Source: Octopus bimaculoides (Eukaryota). Taken from it: a stretch of DNA of 64,000 bases. The translations under genes and the position numbers were made by a program. Below are positions 49,440 through 61,499 of this stretch, one piece after another (position 1 is the first letter of the stretch; every line of letters begins with the position of its first letter). The notes under the pieces are model-generated. The model worked only from the letters and a program-made list of their open reading frames with translations. It was not told where the DNA came from and searched no databases. The stretch spans positions 28,769,917 to 28,833,916 of the forward strand of contig NC_068994.1 in assembly GCF_001194135.2 (NCBI RefSeq). The letters run 5' to 3'.

Positions 49440-52400
49440 ATATAGAGACAAAAAGTGACAACATGAAAAACAAGCAAAAAGAAAAATTATAGTGAGATAG
49501 GAGACCCCAACTTAAAAGACTGCAAAATTGAAAGACATTGTGAGAGACAGAAGTGGTAAGTCATTACAATTTTGTAAAGACTGTAACTGAGAAAAATATT
49601 TATTTGAAATTTTATGGAAAAAATTATGGACACAAAGAATGAAGTGGTGGAGACATGCATGGCACCAATATAGAATAAAGTATGCTACATCAGCCGTGGA
49701 ACATGAAGCGCAACTGTTAAAGTGCAGTTTCAAATGACTGACATAGAAAAGGAAGTATCAACAAAGACACTAAAAACAACGAAATTATGCTGCTACCCAC
49801 ATAGAATGGTGCAGAATGGCGAAAGTCATGGTAGAAGATATACCAGTTGGTTATGAAGTGATGTGGGTAGCAGCGGCAGTCATATATGACGTTGAAGAAG
49901 TATCCATCCTGCAAATGAAGAGGAGGGATGCTGTGAACTGGCGAGGTCAGACGATTGAGATGGTAATTCAAGCGGCAAACCAAACTCTGAAAAATTTACC
50001 CAATAGAGTGTTTGTGGGGTAGGGGCTGACAATGTGAGTGGCTGTGAAGGGACGTAGGCCCAGATGCTTCAAGTGTGGAGAGAAGGGCCACGTCTGCTCC
50101 AAGTGTACCAAAAAGAAAAATAAGAATGAGGCCCCTCCCCCCAAAAAACATCAGCAGACAGACCAGAAAGTGCAGCAGAAGGGAAGAAGGAGAGAACAAC
50201 GGAAGAAAAGAACCAAACTACCAAGGAGATGGAGTTTACAACAGTGACTCATAAGCGTAAGAAGGCACGGACAGACGTTAGGTATGCAAAAATAAACAAG
50301 AAACTGTTTACGGATATGAAGGCGAGGTATCCGGAAGACATAAGAGACATAACCGCCAAAGTGGCAGAGGGTAAACATATTATAAGCCCAACTGCCACAC
50401 CCAGGAAAAGGACGGGGAAATAGGCGAATTTGTACAGCCCCTCCCCAAACTGAAAATGTGAGTAATCTCTTTCCTTTTATTTTTCAAAAATGATTAAGTT
50501 AGGCTGCATAAATGTGCATGGACTGGGGTTGAAATGGAAACAGGCTTGTTTTCTGGACAACCTCAAGACAAGTGATATAGATGTAGCAGTCTCAACTGTG
50601 TCCAAGATGAGTGGATCACAAGTGTTCTCTCCTCTTCTGAATGACTGAGAAAATTATTTCTCCTAGCTGACAAGGAGTGGGAGGTGTGGTGGTCTTATTC
50701 AGGAAGAACTTGAACCCAGAGGATAGGCTGGTCGTCCTGGATGTAACTCACGAAAGTAAACAGTTCTTCAGGCTGGTAGCTGTGTACGCTCCTAACAAGC
50801 ATGGGCAGTCGGGTTTTTTCCAAGACCTGGAGCACTTTCTAGTGACATCTAAAATGGTAGTTCTGTTAGGAGATTTTAACACTATACTCAATACATGGGT
50901 AGATAGTGTTGGCTCGATTGATAGGAAAGGAAATCCTGGCCTCAAGGGTCTACTAGAGAGCTATAATCTAGTAAGCCGTTACAGACTGGATGAGCCGTTT
51001 GTTCCACAGTAGATGTGGAGTAATAACGATGGCTCTCACAGATCTTACATAGATAGGATATTCATTAGAGGTAGAGATAAGACTACTTTTAGTTGTCCAT
51101 AATTTGATATAGTACCTTATACGGATCACAAATTTGTGATGTGTGAGGTACACTTAGATAAATGTCATAGACAGGAATCCGGGTACTGGAAGATGAACAA
51201 GTCTATTTTGACTTGTAAACCCTTCCATGCCCGGATTAAGGAGTTAATACAGAGGGCACTATATGGTGCCATCATTAATAATAGATGGTGGCATGCCCTC
51301 AAGAGAGCCATTTGTTTAGAGTCTATTAGATTTAGCTATCAGCTAAGTTTATATAGATCTAGAATAGAGGGTGAATTAGTTAAGAACTTAGACGAGGCCT
51401 TGGAATCTGGCTCTGCATCTAGAGTGCTGGTGGTGAGAACGGTCTTGTACTGTCACCTCAACACCAAGCACGAAGGCTGCAGAGCTAGAGCTATGCTACA
51501 TGCCGTGGGACGAGAAGGTATTAATGATGCTGGTTGGGCACGTCGTGTGGAGAGTCAGAAGGGTAAAAAAGCCTCTATAAAGTCTTTAACAGATGAACAG
51601 GGGCGCAAGATCTATGGACAGGATGAGATGCAAAAGACCTTTCATCAGCATTTCACACGGTTGTTCGGGCAGGATGGTGCACTAGAGTGTGGGGAGACCC
51701 TAAAGGGCTTCCTCGCCAGCGGGCCACGACTCTCGGCATGGAAGGCGAGGTGCTGTGAAGGGCTGATTACAGCTGCGGAGGTCAAAGAGGCGTTGGCCGA
51801 GTACACTGGGGGAAAGTCGCCGGGGCTGGATGGTCTACCCTATGAGTTTTATTGTAGCATGCCAGACTTGTTTGGGGACCTGCTGGCCAGCGTCTACACA
51901 AACTGGCAACAGGATGGGAGAATTCCCAGCTCTGTGAATCAGGGAGTGGTGACGCTGATCCAAAAGAACTCGAGCAAGGGGGATATTATAAGTAATTACA
52001 GGCCCGTAACTCTACTCAGTGTAGAGTTAGAGGTTTTGGCCAAGGTGTTAGCTAAAAGGTTGACACGTGTCATGGAGAAACTTGTAGGGAAGCCGTGCCA
52101 TCCCAGGCAGGTCGATCCAGGACAATCTTCACCTTATCTGCTACACTTTAGACAGATTGGGTAAATTAACCGGCAAAGGTGAGGCATTGGTCCATTTAAA
52201 CCAAAGTAAAGTGTTTAGTAGGGTAGACCATCAGTACCTGGTGGCAATCCTTGAAGCGGCTGGGCTGGGTCCTGACTTCTGTGGTTGGATCTTTGCCATG
52301 TATAGCAGCATCAAATCCATAGTCCAAATAAATGGCTACCTGTCGAAGCCATTTCCGATCAAACATTCAGTTCATCAAGGGTGTCCCCTGCCTCTGCTTC

Positions 52401-53090
52401 TGTATGTGGTGTGTGTTGGCTCTTGAACCATTACTGCAGAAGTTGGAGAATTTTGTGGGGCACCCACCAATGAAATCAGTTGCAGTAAGTCTGTCTCTGC
52501 TTACGCGAATGATGTCCAATGAGGCTCAGCTATCTTGTGTAGAGGAGGCTATCAGAGGATACAAGGTGGTGGCAGGAGCAAAAGTTAACAAGGACAAGTC
52601 CATCAGTTTGCACCTCAGCACCTGGAGGAGCAAGTTGATATCGTACAGTGTCATGGGTCACTCGACAGATAGTTCTGTTAAGTTGCTTGGAGTTTGGTTT
52701 GGACCGGACTCCCAGACAGAGAAGAATTGGAGCAAGGTAGCAGACAGGGTGGAGGCCCTTGTCCGGAAGGTCACTGTCCCTGAAAGGAAGGGCGGAGGTG
52801 CTACAGAGGTTTATTGCATCTGTAATCACCTACCACCTGACCGTTGTCCCTTGCTCTGACACGTGGCTGAACAAGTTGGAGCAACTCCACTTCTGCATAT
52901 TGTGAAAGGGAGGAAAGCCATTTGTGAGGTGCTCTGTTTGCTGCCAGGAACCACTAAAGGGTGGGTTAGGGATGCCCTGGTTGATGATGTGCAGACATGA
53001 GTTGAGGCTGAGGCACCTCTGGTGCTACCTGTAGGGTGATAAGGTGTGGAACCTGCTGGCAGAGGATCTCTTTCCGTGACCAGCCTCTTT
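49440..53090 (+). mobile_element. L1/Tx1-clade LINE relic (ORF1 with CCHC; ORF2 endonuclease and RT)
   Basis: PRCFKCGEKGH, KLGCINVHGL, VAVYAPN, LLGDFN, SYIDRIF, TDHK, GYWKMN, KSPGLDGLPYEFY, NYRPVTLL, HQGCPL. Many stops and frameshifts. Confidence 0.92.
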
Positions 53091-53394
53091 GGAGCAATAT
53101 TGTCACATTAAGTTAACATGACATCACTTTTATATATATATATATTATTTATATTATTTATATTATTATTTGATTTAATGCCATGCATCCATTTCCAAGT
53201 AAGTTTATCTTAATCTTTTCGATGCGACTCTACTCTATATTGTTTTCTCCCTCATCTTTTCCTCCCTTCGCCGTTTTCTATCTGTCTTTCTCTCTCTCTC
53301 TCCCTTTCTCTTTTTCTCCTTATCTTTTGCTCACACATGACCATCGTCCATCTTTTATTTCCTCACATGATCATCTTTCTTTTCCTTCAGGACT

Positions 53395-53930
53395 GTCCTA
53401 AGGACTGGACATATTCATAGGAGCATCTTGGCCTGGCAGAACCCATCCTTTAGCCCATCCATCTGAACCATCTAATGTGATGCACGATTCATCAGTGAAT
53501 ATGACATTTCTGAAACCTGTTTTTGAGTACTTTCTTGCCCACCTTAGAAGTTTATCAATATTAGTTGGAAATATAGGAGGCTAGTGAGGAGATTTTTTCA
53601 CAGAACCAATGTCGCAAAGGACTCTACACTTTTCATCTCTCTTTACTCCAAGAATCCCAGCCATACTAAATACCTTATCACTACTGAGTAGTGGGTTTTT
53701 AGCGACAATGCATTTCAGCTGACGTTTATCTCTCAGGGACAAGTTCTTGAACCCCTTTCCAGACCTTGGTTTCCTGTTCTTTGTTATATCTTCAATTGTT
53801 TTCTTGATTGTTCGATGATCTCAACCAAGCTGCTTAGAAATGTTTAAAGAGGTCATGCCATCACTTAAAAGCTAAGTTATTTTCTGCTTTTCAGATACTG
53901 TAATATTTTTCTTTTTACCCATGAAATTAT
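53395..53930 (-). mobile_element. Tc1/mariner-superfamily transposase fragment (different family)
   Basis: Minus strand: MTSLNISKQLG*DHRTIKK and VIFTDESCITLDGSDGWAKGW. Confidence 0.75.
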
Positions 53931-54206
53931 TGTAACCTGCAAAATAATAAAAACATATTATTAACACTGTAAAAATACAAATTCCAACATTTGTTTAGTA
54001 ACTTCAGACAGCCATTTTCAGTAAATTCTCAATTACTCGTGAAAAACAGATCAGATGTATGTCAAATTTTAGCCACAATTAAGAAAGAGCATTTGTACCA
54101 ACATCCTAAAATTTTGACCTCCTATGTACAAGTACATTCATTTTATTAAAAAAAAAACCCAATTTGCATAATATCTTCAGACAAGGTGTGTATATGTATA
54201 TATATA

Positions 54207-54248
<42 letters not shown>

Positions 54249-54249
54249 T

Positions 54250-54300
54250 AACCCATGCTAGCATGGAAAGCGGACGTTAAACGATGATGATGATGATGAT
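54250..54300 (+). mobile_element. Ultra-short RTE tail insertion with a (TA)nGACATA target-site duplication
   Basis: (TA)n gacata|acccatgctagcatggaaagcggacgttaaacgatgatg|(TA)n gacata. Confidence 0.8.
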
Positions 54301-54489
54301 ATATATATATATATATATATAGACATATATATGGCTGACTTCCTTTCAAGTGTTGGGCCTCACAGAGGCAATAACCAAGGCCTTTGGCATTATGTCATAC
54401 TTGAGAAGAAGACCCATCAAGCCGAGCAAAATCTCAGTCATGGCAGATACCCATGTCATGCAAATGGCACCCATGCCAGTGGCATGTAA

Positions 54490-54623
54490 TTATTGGATTA
54501 CCTTAGGTTTCTCATCCATAGATTTAGCTGTATGGTGTATTGTCAGATCCTAAAGCCTGGCATCTGACGATATGTCATAAAACTAAACCTTTTATAGATG
54601 GGAAACCTAAGGTAATCCAATAA
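54490..54623. repeat. Hairpin with ~60-bp arms and a 13-nt loop
   Basis: ttattggattaccttaggtttc...gtcagat / atctgac...gaaacctaaggtaatccaataa. Confidence 0.88.
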
Positions 54624-54730
54624 ACTGGCCTTCTCCATTTTTCAGTTCTATATTTAAGAGATGAGGAATTATTTACATTATTTACATTATCTACATTTGA
54701 CGGATATTCGTCCTCATCTTGTTTGTTGTT

Positions 54731-54776
54731 AACACAACGTTTCGGCTGATATACCCTCCAGCCTTCGTCAGGTGTC
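54731..54776 (-). ncRNA. Minimal type I hammerhead ribozyme with intact core (family 1)
   Basis: Minus strand GACAC-CTGACGA-A-GGCTG-GAGGGTATAT-CAGCC-GAAA-CG-TT-GTGTT: stem I GACAC/GUGUU, 5-bp stem II, palindromic ACGU helix III and a GUU site. Confidence 0.8.
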
Positions 54777-54861
54777 TTGGGGAAATTTCGAACCTGGGTT
54801 CTCATTCCTATCGATGTTACTATTATTATTATTATAATATTATTATTATTATTATTAATCA

Positions 54862-54934
54862 GGTCGCTGCCGTGAATCGAACTCGGAACCTTGGGGTTAG
54901 TAGCCCGCGCTCTTAACCACTACGCCATATGCCC
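54862..54934 (-). ncRNA. tRNA-like Pol III head (not a functional tRNA)
   Basis: GGGCATATGGCGTAGTGGTTAAGAGCGCGGGCTACTAACCCCAAGGTTCCGAGTTCGATTCACGGCAGCGACC: A box, B box and partial arms; acceptor stem does not pair. Confidence 0.8.
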
Positions 54935-55693
54935 GTGGGCAATTATGGGGTGAATTTTAAGGCTTATAAATCTATTATTTTTCTATCCTTNNNNNNNNNN
55001 NNNNNNNNNNNNNNNNNNNNNNNNNNNNNNNNNNNNNNNNNNNNNNNNNNNNNNNNNNNNNNNNNNNNNNNNNNNNNNNNNNNNNNNNNNNNNNNNNNNN
55101 NNNNNNNNNNNNNNNNNNNNNNNNNNNNNNNNNNNNNNNNNNNNNNNNNNNNNNNNNNNNNNNNNNNNNNNNNNNNNNNNNNNNNNNNNNNNNNNNNNNN
55201 NNNNNNNNNNNNNNNNNNNNNNNNNNNNNNNNNNNNNNNNNNNNNNNNNNNNNNNNNNNNNNNNNNNNNNNNNNNNNNNNNNNNNNNNNNNNNNNNNNNN
55301 NNNNNNNNNNNNNNNNNNNNNNNNNNNNNNNNNNNNNNNNNNNNNNNNNNNNNNNNNNNNNNNNNNNNNNNNNNNNNNNNNNNNNNNNNNNNNNNNNNNN
55401 NNNNNNNNNNNNNNNNNNNNNNNNNNNNNNNNNNNNNNNNNNNNNNGTAGATAGTATGTTCTTGGGGTAGTTGTTTCTTAATAGATTGTTACTGAGCTTG
55501 ATCATTTCCTCGTGGTGGGTATCACGATCGCTACTTATATTCTTTGCTCGGTGTTTTAGGCACTGAGCAATTCCTCTCTTTACACTGTATGGATTCACGG
55601 CAGCGACCTGATTAATAATAATAATAATAATATTATAATAATAATAATAGTAACATCGATAGGAATGAGAACCCAGGTTCGAAATTTCCCCAA

Positions 55694-55736
55694 GACACCT
55701 GACGAAGGCTGGAGGGTATATCAGCCGAAACGTGTT
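55694..55736 (+). ncRNA. Inverted hammerhead copy disabled by a 3-nt deletion at the cleavage site
   Basis: Matches 54731-54776 except GAAACGTGTT replaces GAAACGTTGTGTT. Confidence 0.75.
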
Positions 55737-55824
55737 AACAACAAACAAGATGAGGACGAATATCCGTCAAATGTAGATAATGTAAATAATGTTCTCCATT
55801 TTTGATATATACTGCTTTACAAGG

Positions 55825-56045
55825 TGGCGAGCTGGCAGAAACGTTAGCACGCCAGGTGAAATGCTTAGTAGTATTTTGTCTGTCTTTACATTCTGAGTTC
55901 AAATTCTGCCAAGACTGACTTTGCCTTTCATCCTTTCAAGGTCAATAAATTAAGTACCAGTTGTGTACTAGGGTCGATCTAATCGACTGGGCCCACCCCC
56001 CACCCTAAAAATTTCAGGCCTTGTACCTAGAGGAGAAAAGAATAT
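55825..56045 (+). mobile_element. SINE family B, well preserved
   Basis: ggcgagctggcagaaacgttagcacgcc...ttctgagttcaaattc...taagtaccagttg. Confidence 0.85.
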
Positions 56046-57378
56046 ATACTGCTCTACAGCTTAGAGTATGCTTCTTCTTTCAGATTTATGTTTTTTATAA
56101 ACTATAAATATATATATAACATACCTCTTTCAGTTTCCATCTACCAAATCCACTCACAAGGATTTAGTTGGCCCAAGGCTGTAGTAAAGGACACTTGCTC
56201 AAAGTGCCACAGAGTAGGACTGAACCCAAAACCATGTAGTTGGGAAGCAAGCATCTTACCACACAGTCACACTTGCACCTGTAAATCCAAAATAAATTTG
56301 ACAAGCCAATGAGAGAGTCTCTGTACAGTATATCTGACCTGCTACAGAGAGCAGCCAAATCCCTTTTAAACTTCCAATACAATATTTTTAATGTATGCTT
56401 AAATTAGTTGGTAAATTATTTAAGATTTGGAAGAATTTAGCAAAATAACTAACTTTTTCATTATTAAGTTCATGTTTGGAACATAATGACATTACATAAA
56501 ATTATGAAGAAAAATTTAACTTTAGATATAAACACTATAAAGAAAGAAAGTTTGAATGAATAAAAAGAAATCTAGGAAGTCTTGGGTGGATTGTAGGAAA
56601 AGCATATCCTACTATCTTAAAAAAACAAAAACCAAAGACACATTGTATAGTGTAGTCCCAATATATACTGTTTGAAAAAAATAAAAGGCAGGATGGTCTG
56701 CATAGAACATATTTGATCATAGGTCTTCATGAGTGCAGGTCTGCATTTAAACAACATTATAGATTTAAAGATATTTTTTAAATTACTAGAATTAACAAAA
56801 AAATCTTTTGTAATTTACAAAAATTTAAAAAAAGAAAATGAACAAATAGATGTCAGTCTTTGTCCCCCACACACACACATACACACTCTCTTGCGCGCTC
56901 TCTCTCTCTCTCTCTCACACGCACACACACACACTTTTTCCCTCTCTCCTCCTTCATCCAAATTAAATTCAGCAACTGCTCCTTAGGGAACTGCAACAAT
57001 AACAACAACAGCAACACCAACACCAGGACAGTACAACAACAACAGGATAGTATCTTGTCCCAGCTGGTAAGAGAGATGAGGATCTGTTGGCTGTGTACTG
57101 GTGGTGGTGGTGGTGGTGGTGGAGTAAATGTACTGGGAGATGAAGGTGAAAAGTGTAGTAGGTCACCTTCAAGGAATTTGTCCTCCTCATCACATTTTAC
57201 TCCTCACAACCGCAATTATTATCTTTACTTTTCATCCCTTCTACCAGAATAAAATAAGTACCAGTTAAATTCTAGGACCCCAATACAATCAACTATTCCC
57301 CCTACCCAACACCCATTAATAATAATAATGATAATAATAACAACAACAACAACAACAACAACAACAATAATAATGATG

Positions 57379-57431
<53 letters not shown>

Positions 57432-57611
57432 TTCTACTATAGGCACAAGACCTGAAATTTTGGGGGAGGAATTTAAGTCAATTACATTGACCCCAATACT
57501 CTACTGATACTTAATTTATTGACACCCAAAGGATGAAAGCAAAGTTGATCTCAGCAGCATTTGAACTCAGAACATAAGGATAGATGAAACGCCACTAAGC
57601 ATTTTGCCTGG

Positions 57612-58285
57612 AGATCTCTTCAGTTTCTCTCATAGAATTTTTTATTTTTGTTAACAAAACAGTTGGAAACTTCATATACTGGTGTAATTTCTCATGCTGA
57701 ACACAGTTTACTGCCAACATTTTTGACATTCCATATTTTAGAAGTTATTTCGTGTTAAAGTTGTCATATTTGGGTAATTTTAACCAATCAACGATGTGTA
57801 TTCAGCTGAAGAAATCTACTGCTGTATGCGATAGTAATTGAACAGCGACAACTTTAAAGTCAACTCTACTAAATGTTACCACTCTGTTCTATTTTTTTTT
57901 TGTTTACTGCCTGTGTTGCATATTACACTTTTGTTTTTTTTTTGCTTTTCGATCGCTTCTTTGTACATTTACATTTACACTACTCATATAAAGAGGCAAT
58001 CAGAAAGTAAAACAAAAACACAAACAAAGCATGTAATATGCAACACTGGCAGTAAACAAAAATAAAATAGAACAAAGTGGTAACATTTAGTAGAGATGAC
58101 CTGGAAGTTGTTCTTCGATTACTAATGCATACAGCATGAAATAACTTCTAAAATACGAAATTTTGTCAAAAATGTTGAAAGTAAACTGTATTCAGCATGA
58201 GAAATTACACCAGTATATGAAGTTTCAAATTGTTTAGTTAAAAAAAAAATAATTAAAAAATCTGTGAGCAAAACTGAAGAGATCT
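57612..58285. mobile_element. MITE with ~145-bp TIRs inserted into a family B SINE
   Basis: Termini AGATCTCTTCAG and CTGAAGAGATCT; 57612-57755 is inverted relative to ~58132-58285; SINE halves lie on either side. Confidence 0.8.
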
Positions 58286-58668
58286 TTATTGGATGCACTA
58301 ACAATTCTGCCTGCAATTTCAGGGAAGGGGTAAGTCTATTTCATCGATACCCTGTACACAACTATACTTGACTCTGAAAGAATGAAAGGCAAAGTGGACC
58401 TTGATGGAATTTGAACTCTGAACATGCAGATGAATGAAATGTGGCTAAGCACTTTTCCTGATGTGCTAACAATTCTGCCAGCTCAGTTTTACCTTTTGGA
58501 ACAAGGCCAGCAATTTTGGGGAGAGAGTACAAGTCAATTAGGTTGATTCCAATGCTCAACTGATATTTATTTTATCAAACTCGAAACGATGAGAACATTA
58601 AGAGCCAGGAAAAATGCCACTAAGCATTTTGTCTGACAATCTAACAATTCTGCCAGCTTACCACCTTC

Positions 58669-58717
<49 letters not shown>

Positions 58718-58920
58718 GTGATAATAATAATCTTTAAACCTTTAATCTTTAAACTGTTTCAGCTTTAAAGCTGTGGTCATGCTGGGGCACCAATAATTCT
58801 GGTACATGACCAATAATTTTGAGAAGAGGAAGTTGATTACATTGACTCCAATATTTGACTGGTACATTATTCCAGCCTTATAATGATGATGATGATGATG
58901 ATGATAATAATAATAATAAT

Positions 58921-60145
58921 GCTATTATGAAGGAAAAAATAAGAAACGAATACTACAGAATAAGACTCATACTAAAAACTAAACTCAACTCTAAAAATCG
59001 CATCCAGTAGTCCAATATAGTTTTAACATCATTAACTGGAATCTTACAGAGCTCCAACACCTGGACAGGAAGACAAGAAAAATACTAACTTCTGAGAACA
59101 TGCACCACCCAAAAGCAGATGCTGATCGTCTCTACTTACCTAGAAGTAATGGGGGAAGAGGAATGATACAGGTAGAACTGTACTATAAGACCACCTCAAT
59201 AACAATGAACAGGTACTTATCTAGCACAGAGGACTGGACACTGCAACTTGTGTGCAAACATGAAAGCAGCAAAAAATCACATTTGATTGGCAAGGAAGCT
59301 TGCAAATTCACAAGGGAACTTGGCATTAACCCTAAAATTAACCCTGAAACCACTGCCACAAAACAAGCAAAATGGATCAAGCAAACTGTAAAAAAGAACA
59401 GGCAGAAACAAATTGAGGAGCAATGGAGCCAGAAACCTCTGCATGGACGGTATATACTTCGAAGTTGAAATGCTGATGTAGATCAAGCAATAGCCCATCA
59501 GTGGCTGAGAAGTTCAGGACTGAAATCAGAGACTGAAGGTTTCATATTGGCAGCACAAGATCAAAGCTTGCTCACAAAAAACTACCAGGCTAACGTTCTT
59601 CAAAACAGTTCTGACCCTAAATGCAGATTCTATAACACATTTGATGAAACAATAGACCATCTCATCTCAGGATGTCCTGTGCTGACACCAAACGAATATA
59701 AAAATCGCCACCATAGGGTAGGACAGTATTTACATTGGAAAATATGTAAACACTACAAATGAGCCAGTTGTTGAAGGTAAAAATGTCATTATCCTCTGGG
59801 ATTTTGCAGTCAACACTGACAGAACAATTTAGGCTAATTAACCAGACATAATTATTAAAGACAAGGAAGAAAATACTTGTACACTAATAGATATAAGTGT
59901 TCCTACTGATAAAAATATATCTGTCAAGGAATTTGACAAATAAAGTAAATATAAGGACCTGGAAATTGAAATACAAAAGATGTAGTATCTTAAAACGAGA
60001 ACTGTTCCTGTTATTGTAGGTGCCCGAGGTATGATAAAAAAAGGGATGACAGAAGCATCTAGATAAGATCCTAGGAGTACCATGTCTCAGAGAATCCAAA
60101 AGATTGTGCTGACAAGTACTATCCACATCCTTAGAAAAACCTAAT
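58921..60145 (+). mobile_element. R4/Dong-type (RLE endonuclease) non-LTR element, 5'-truncated
   Basis: LDRKTRK, RLYLPRSNGGRG, ETEGFILAAQDQ, ETIDHLISGC, RHHRVG, PDII, IDISVP..KEFDK, VPVIVGA. Starts directly after (GAT)n(AAT)n. Confidence 0.85.
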
Positions 60146-60149
60146 CCAT

Positions 60150-60740
60150 TTAAATGTCTGTGTTGTGTTATATCCCATGAACTGTTTGCCAGGTATGGTA
60201 TTCCTGATATCATTGTGTCTGATAATGAAACTCAATTTACTTCAGATGAGTTCAGAAAATTTTGTAAAATGTTTGTTATTGAATATGTGACCACCCCACC
60301 GTATCATCCTAGGTCAAATGGACAAGTGAGGAGTTTTGTAGACACTTTTAAGAGGGTGCTAAAAAAGGTGAACCATGAAGTAATGGACAACCTTGTACTT
60401 CAACAATTTCTAAGAGTATACTGAGTAACACAATATGAATACCCTGTCTAAAATGTTACCCGCAGAATTGATGTTTGCTAGAAAGGTTAGATTCATCTTT
60501 GATAAGCTGAGTGAAAATAGAAAAAAAGCAAATAACACATATACTTCAAAATTCTTCAAGTTAGGTGACAAAGTTTCTTTTAAAACTTTTAGATATGGTA
60601 AAGAAAGCTGTGAGGATGGTGTAATTATTAAACAAATTGGTAAAATGTTATTCCTGGTAAAAGGAAAAAATGTCGAACATAAAGACATATTAACCAACTT
60701 AAAAGTGATGCATGGAAAAAACAGTCATGAGAAATGAAAT
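60150..60740 (+). mobile_element. Ty3/Gypsy integrase fragment
   Basis: FARYGIPDIIVSDNETQFTS..F...YHPRSNGQVRSFVDTFK and PAELMFARKVR. Confidence 0.88.
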
Positions 60741-60892
60741 CCACATGGAAGTAGTTTACGGCATTTGAGGTACCAACACCCAGACAATTTGAAACTACAT
60801 TTTTCTAGCACCAGAAAACGGAAAAGAACAAAACACTGGAATTGTACCCTAAGCGTAAGAGATATCAAAACTCTGAGCAGAGTTTAATTCAC

Positions 60893-61290
60893 AAAAGGGG
60901 AGATGTGAAAGGATTCTGACCGTTCCCAAGTGACTAAAAGTGAACCGATACATTGCAATGAAATAAAGAACTGTCAGCAATTGAGGATGTGCAACTGGAT
61001 AAGCAGGTCACTTATGAGTCATTGGCAGAGAGTGTTTAACCTTGTGCAACAGTAATAGTAGTGCATCGTCTGAATACTGTCTTTCCCTCTGCTTTGTTAT
61101 ATTATTTATCGAACATCAGGATATAAAATTAACTATGTTCAATCTTTAGACTCTGGCCATGTATATGTACTCCAAACTATGGAATGGTAAAACGCCAAAG
61201 TGAACCTAAGGGATTGAACTGACTGCCGGTGTTTTGTATGATGTAATACACAAATAATAAATAAAATGCTGTGCTAGTGAAACATATGTA
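60893..61290 (+). mobile_element. Polypurine tract and putative 3' LTR of the Gypsy element
   Basis: AAAAGGGGAGA immediately before TGTGA at 60904; AATAAA near 61257; CA end at ~61284-61293 is uncertain. Confidence 0.6.
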
Positions 61291-61499
61291 ACACGGATTG
61301 AATTGCAATTGTTCATTCATCTCCTTTTAATGTATTAATTTACTGCATACCATATGTGACTTATGTTGCTACTGAGATTGTAGTTGTGGATTACATGTTA
61401 TCTTTATATTTTATCTTTTACTAGTAGAATTTTCTAGTTGAAAGAATTGGCTCCAGTACTTTTTTCACAACCACATGGGCAAATATGTATGTATGTATG

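Larger units (their letters stand above)
54640..55795 (-). mobile_element. Penelope-like element, 5'-truncated, with a tRNA-head plus hammerhead terminal module and an inverted partial copy of that module at its 5' end
   Basis: 55591-55447 (-) reads NPYSVKRGIAQCLKHRAKNISS...NNYP, typical of the PLE RT C-terminal region. 54676-54878 and 55592-55791 are inverted copies. The centre is an N gap. Confidence 0.85.

Noticed and set aside
49500-52860. Active Tx1 element
   Set aside because: Both ORFs are disrupted by stops and frameshifts, and the YADD-equivalent motif is damaged.
54490-54623. Strand bias of G-U wobbles as evidence of RNA-level selection
   Set aside because: About 5 G-U versus 3 A-C mismatches by hand count; too few to mean anything.
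54862-54934. Functional tRNA gene (apparent ACT anticodon)
   Set aside because: Acceptor stem does not pair and the anticodon and T stems have mismatches; treated as a tRNA-derived head.
743-55748. Long ORFs in the track that span N runs (e.g. 743-1442, 2875-3581, 6630-7332, 7747-8337, 24444-24893, 41927-42364, 45925-47148, 48377-48904, 54929-55450)
   Set aside because: Their length comes from assembly gaps translated as X.
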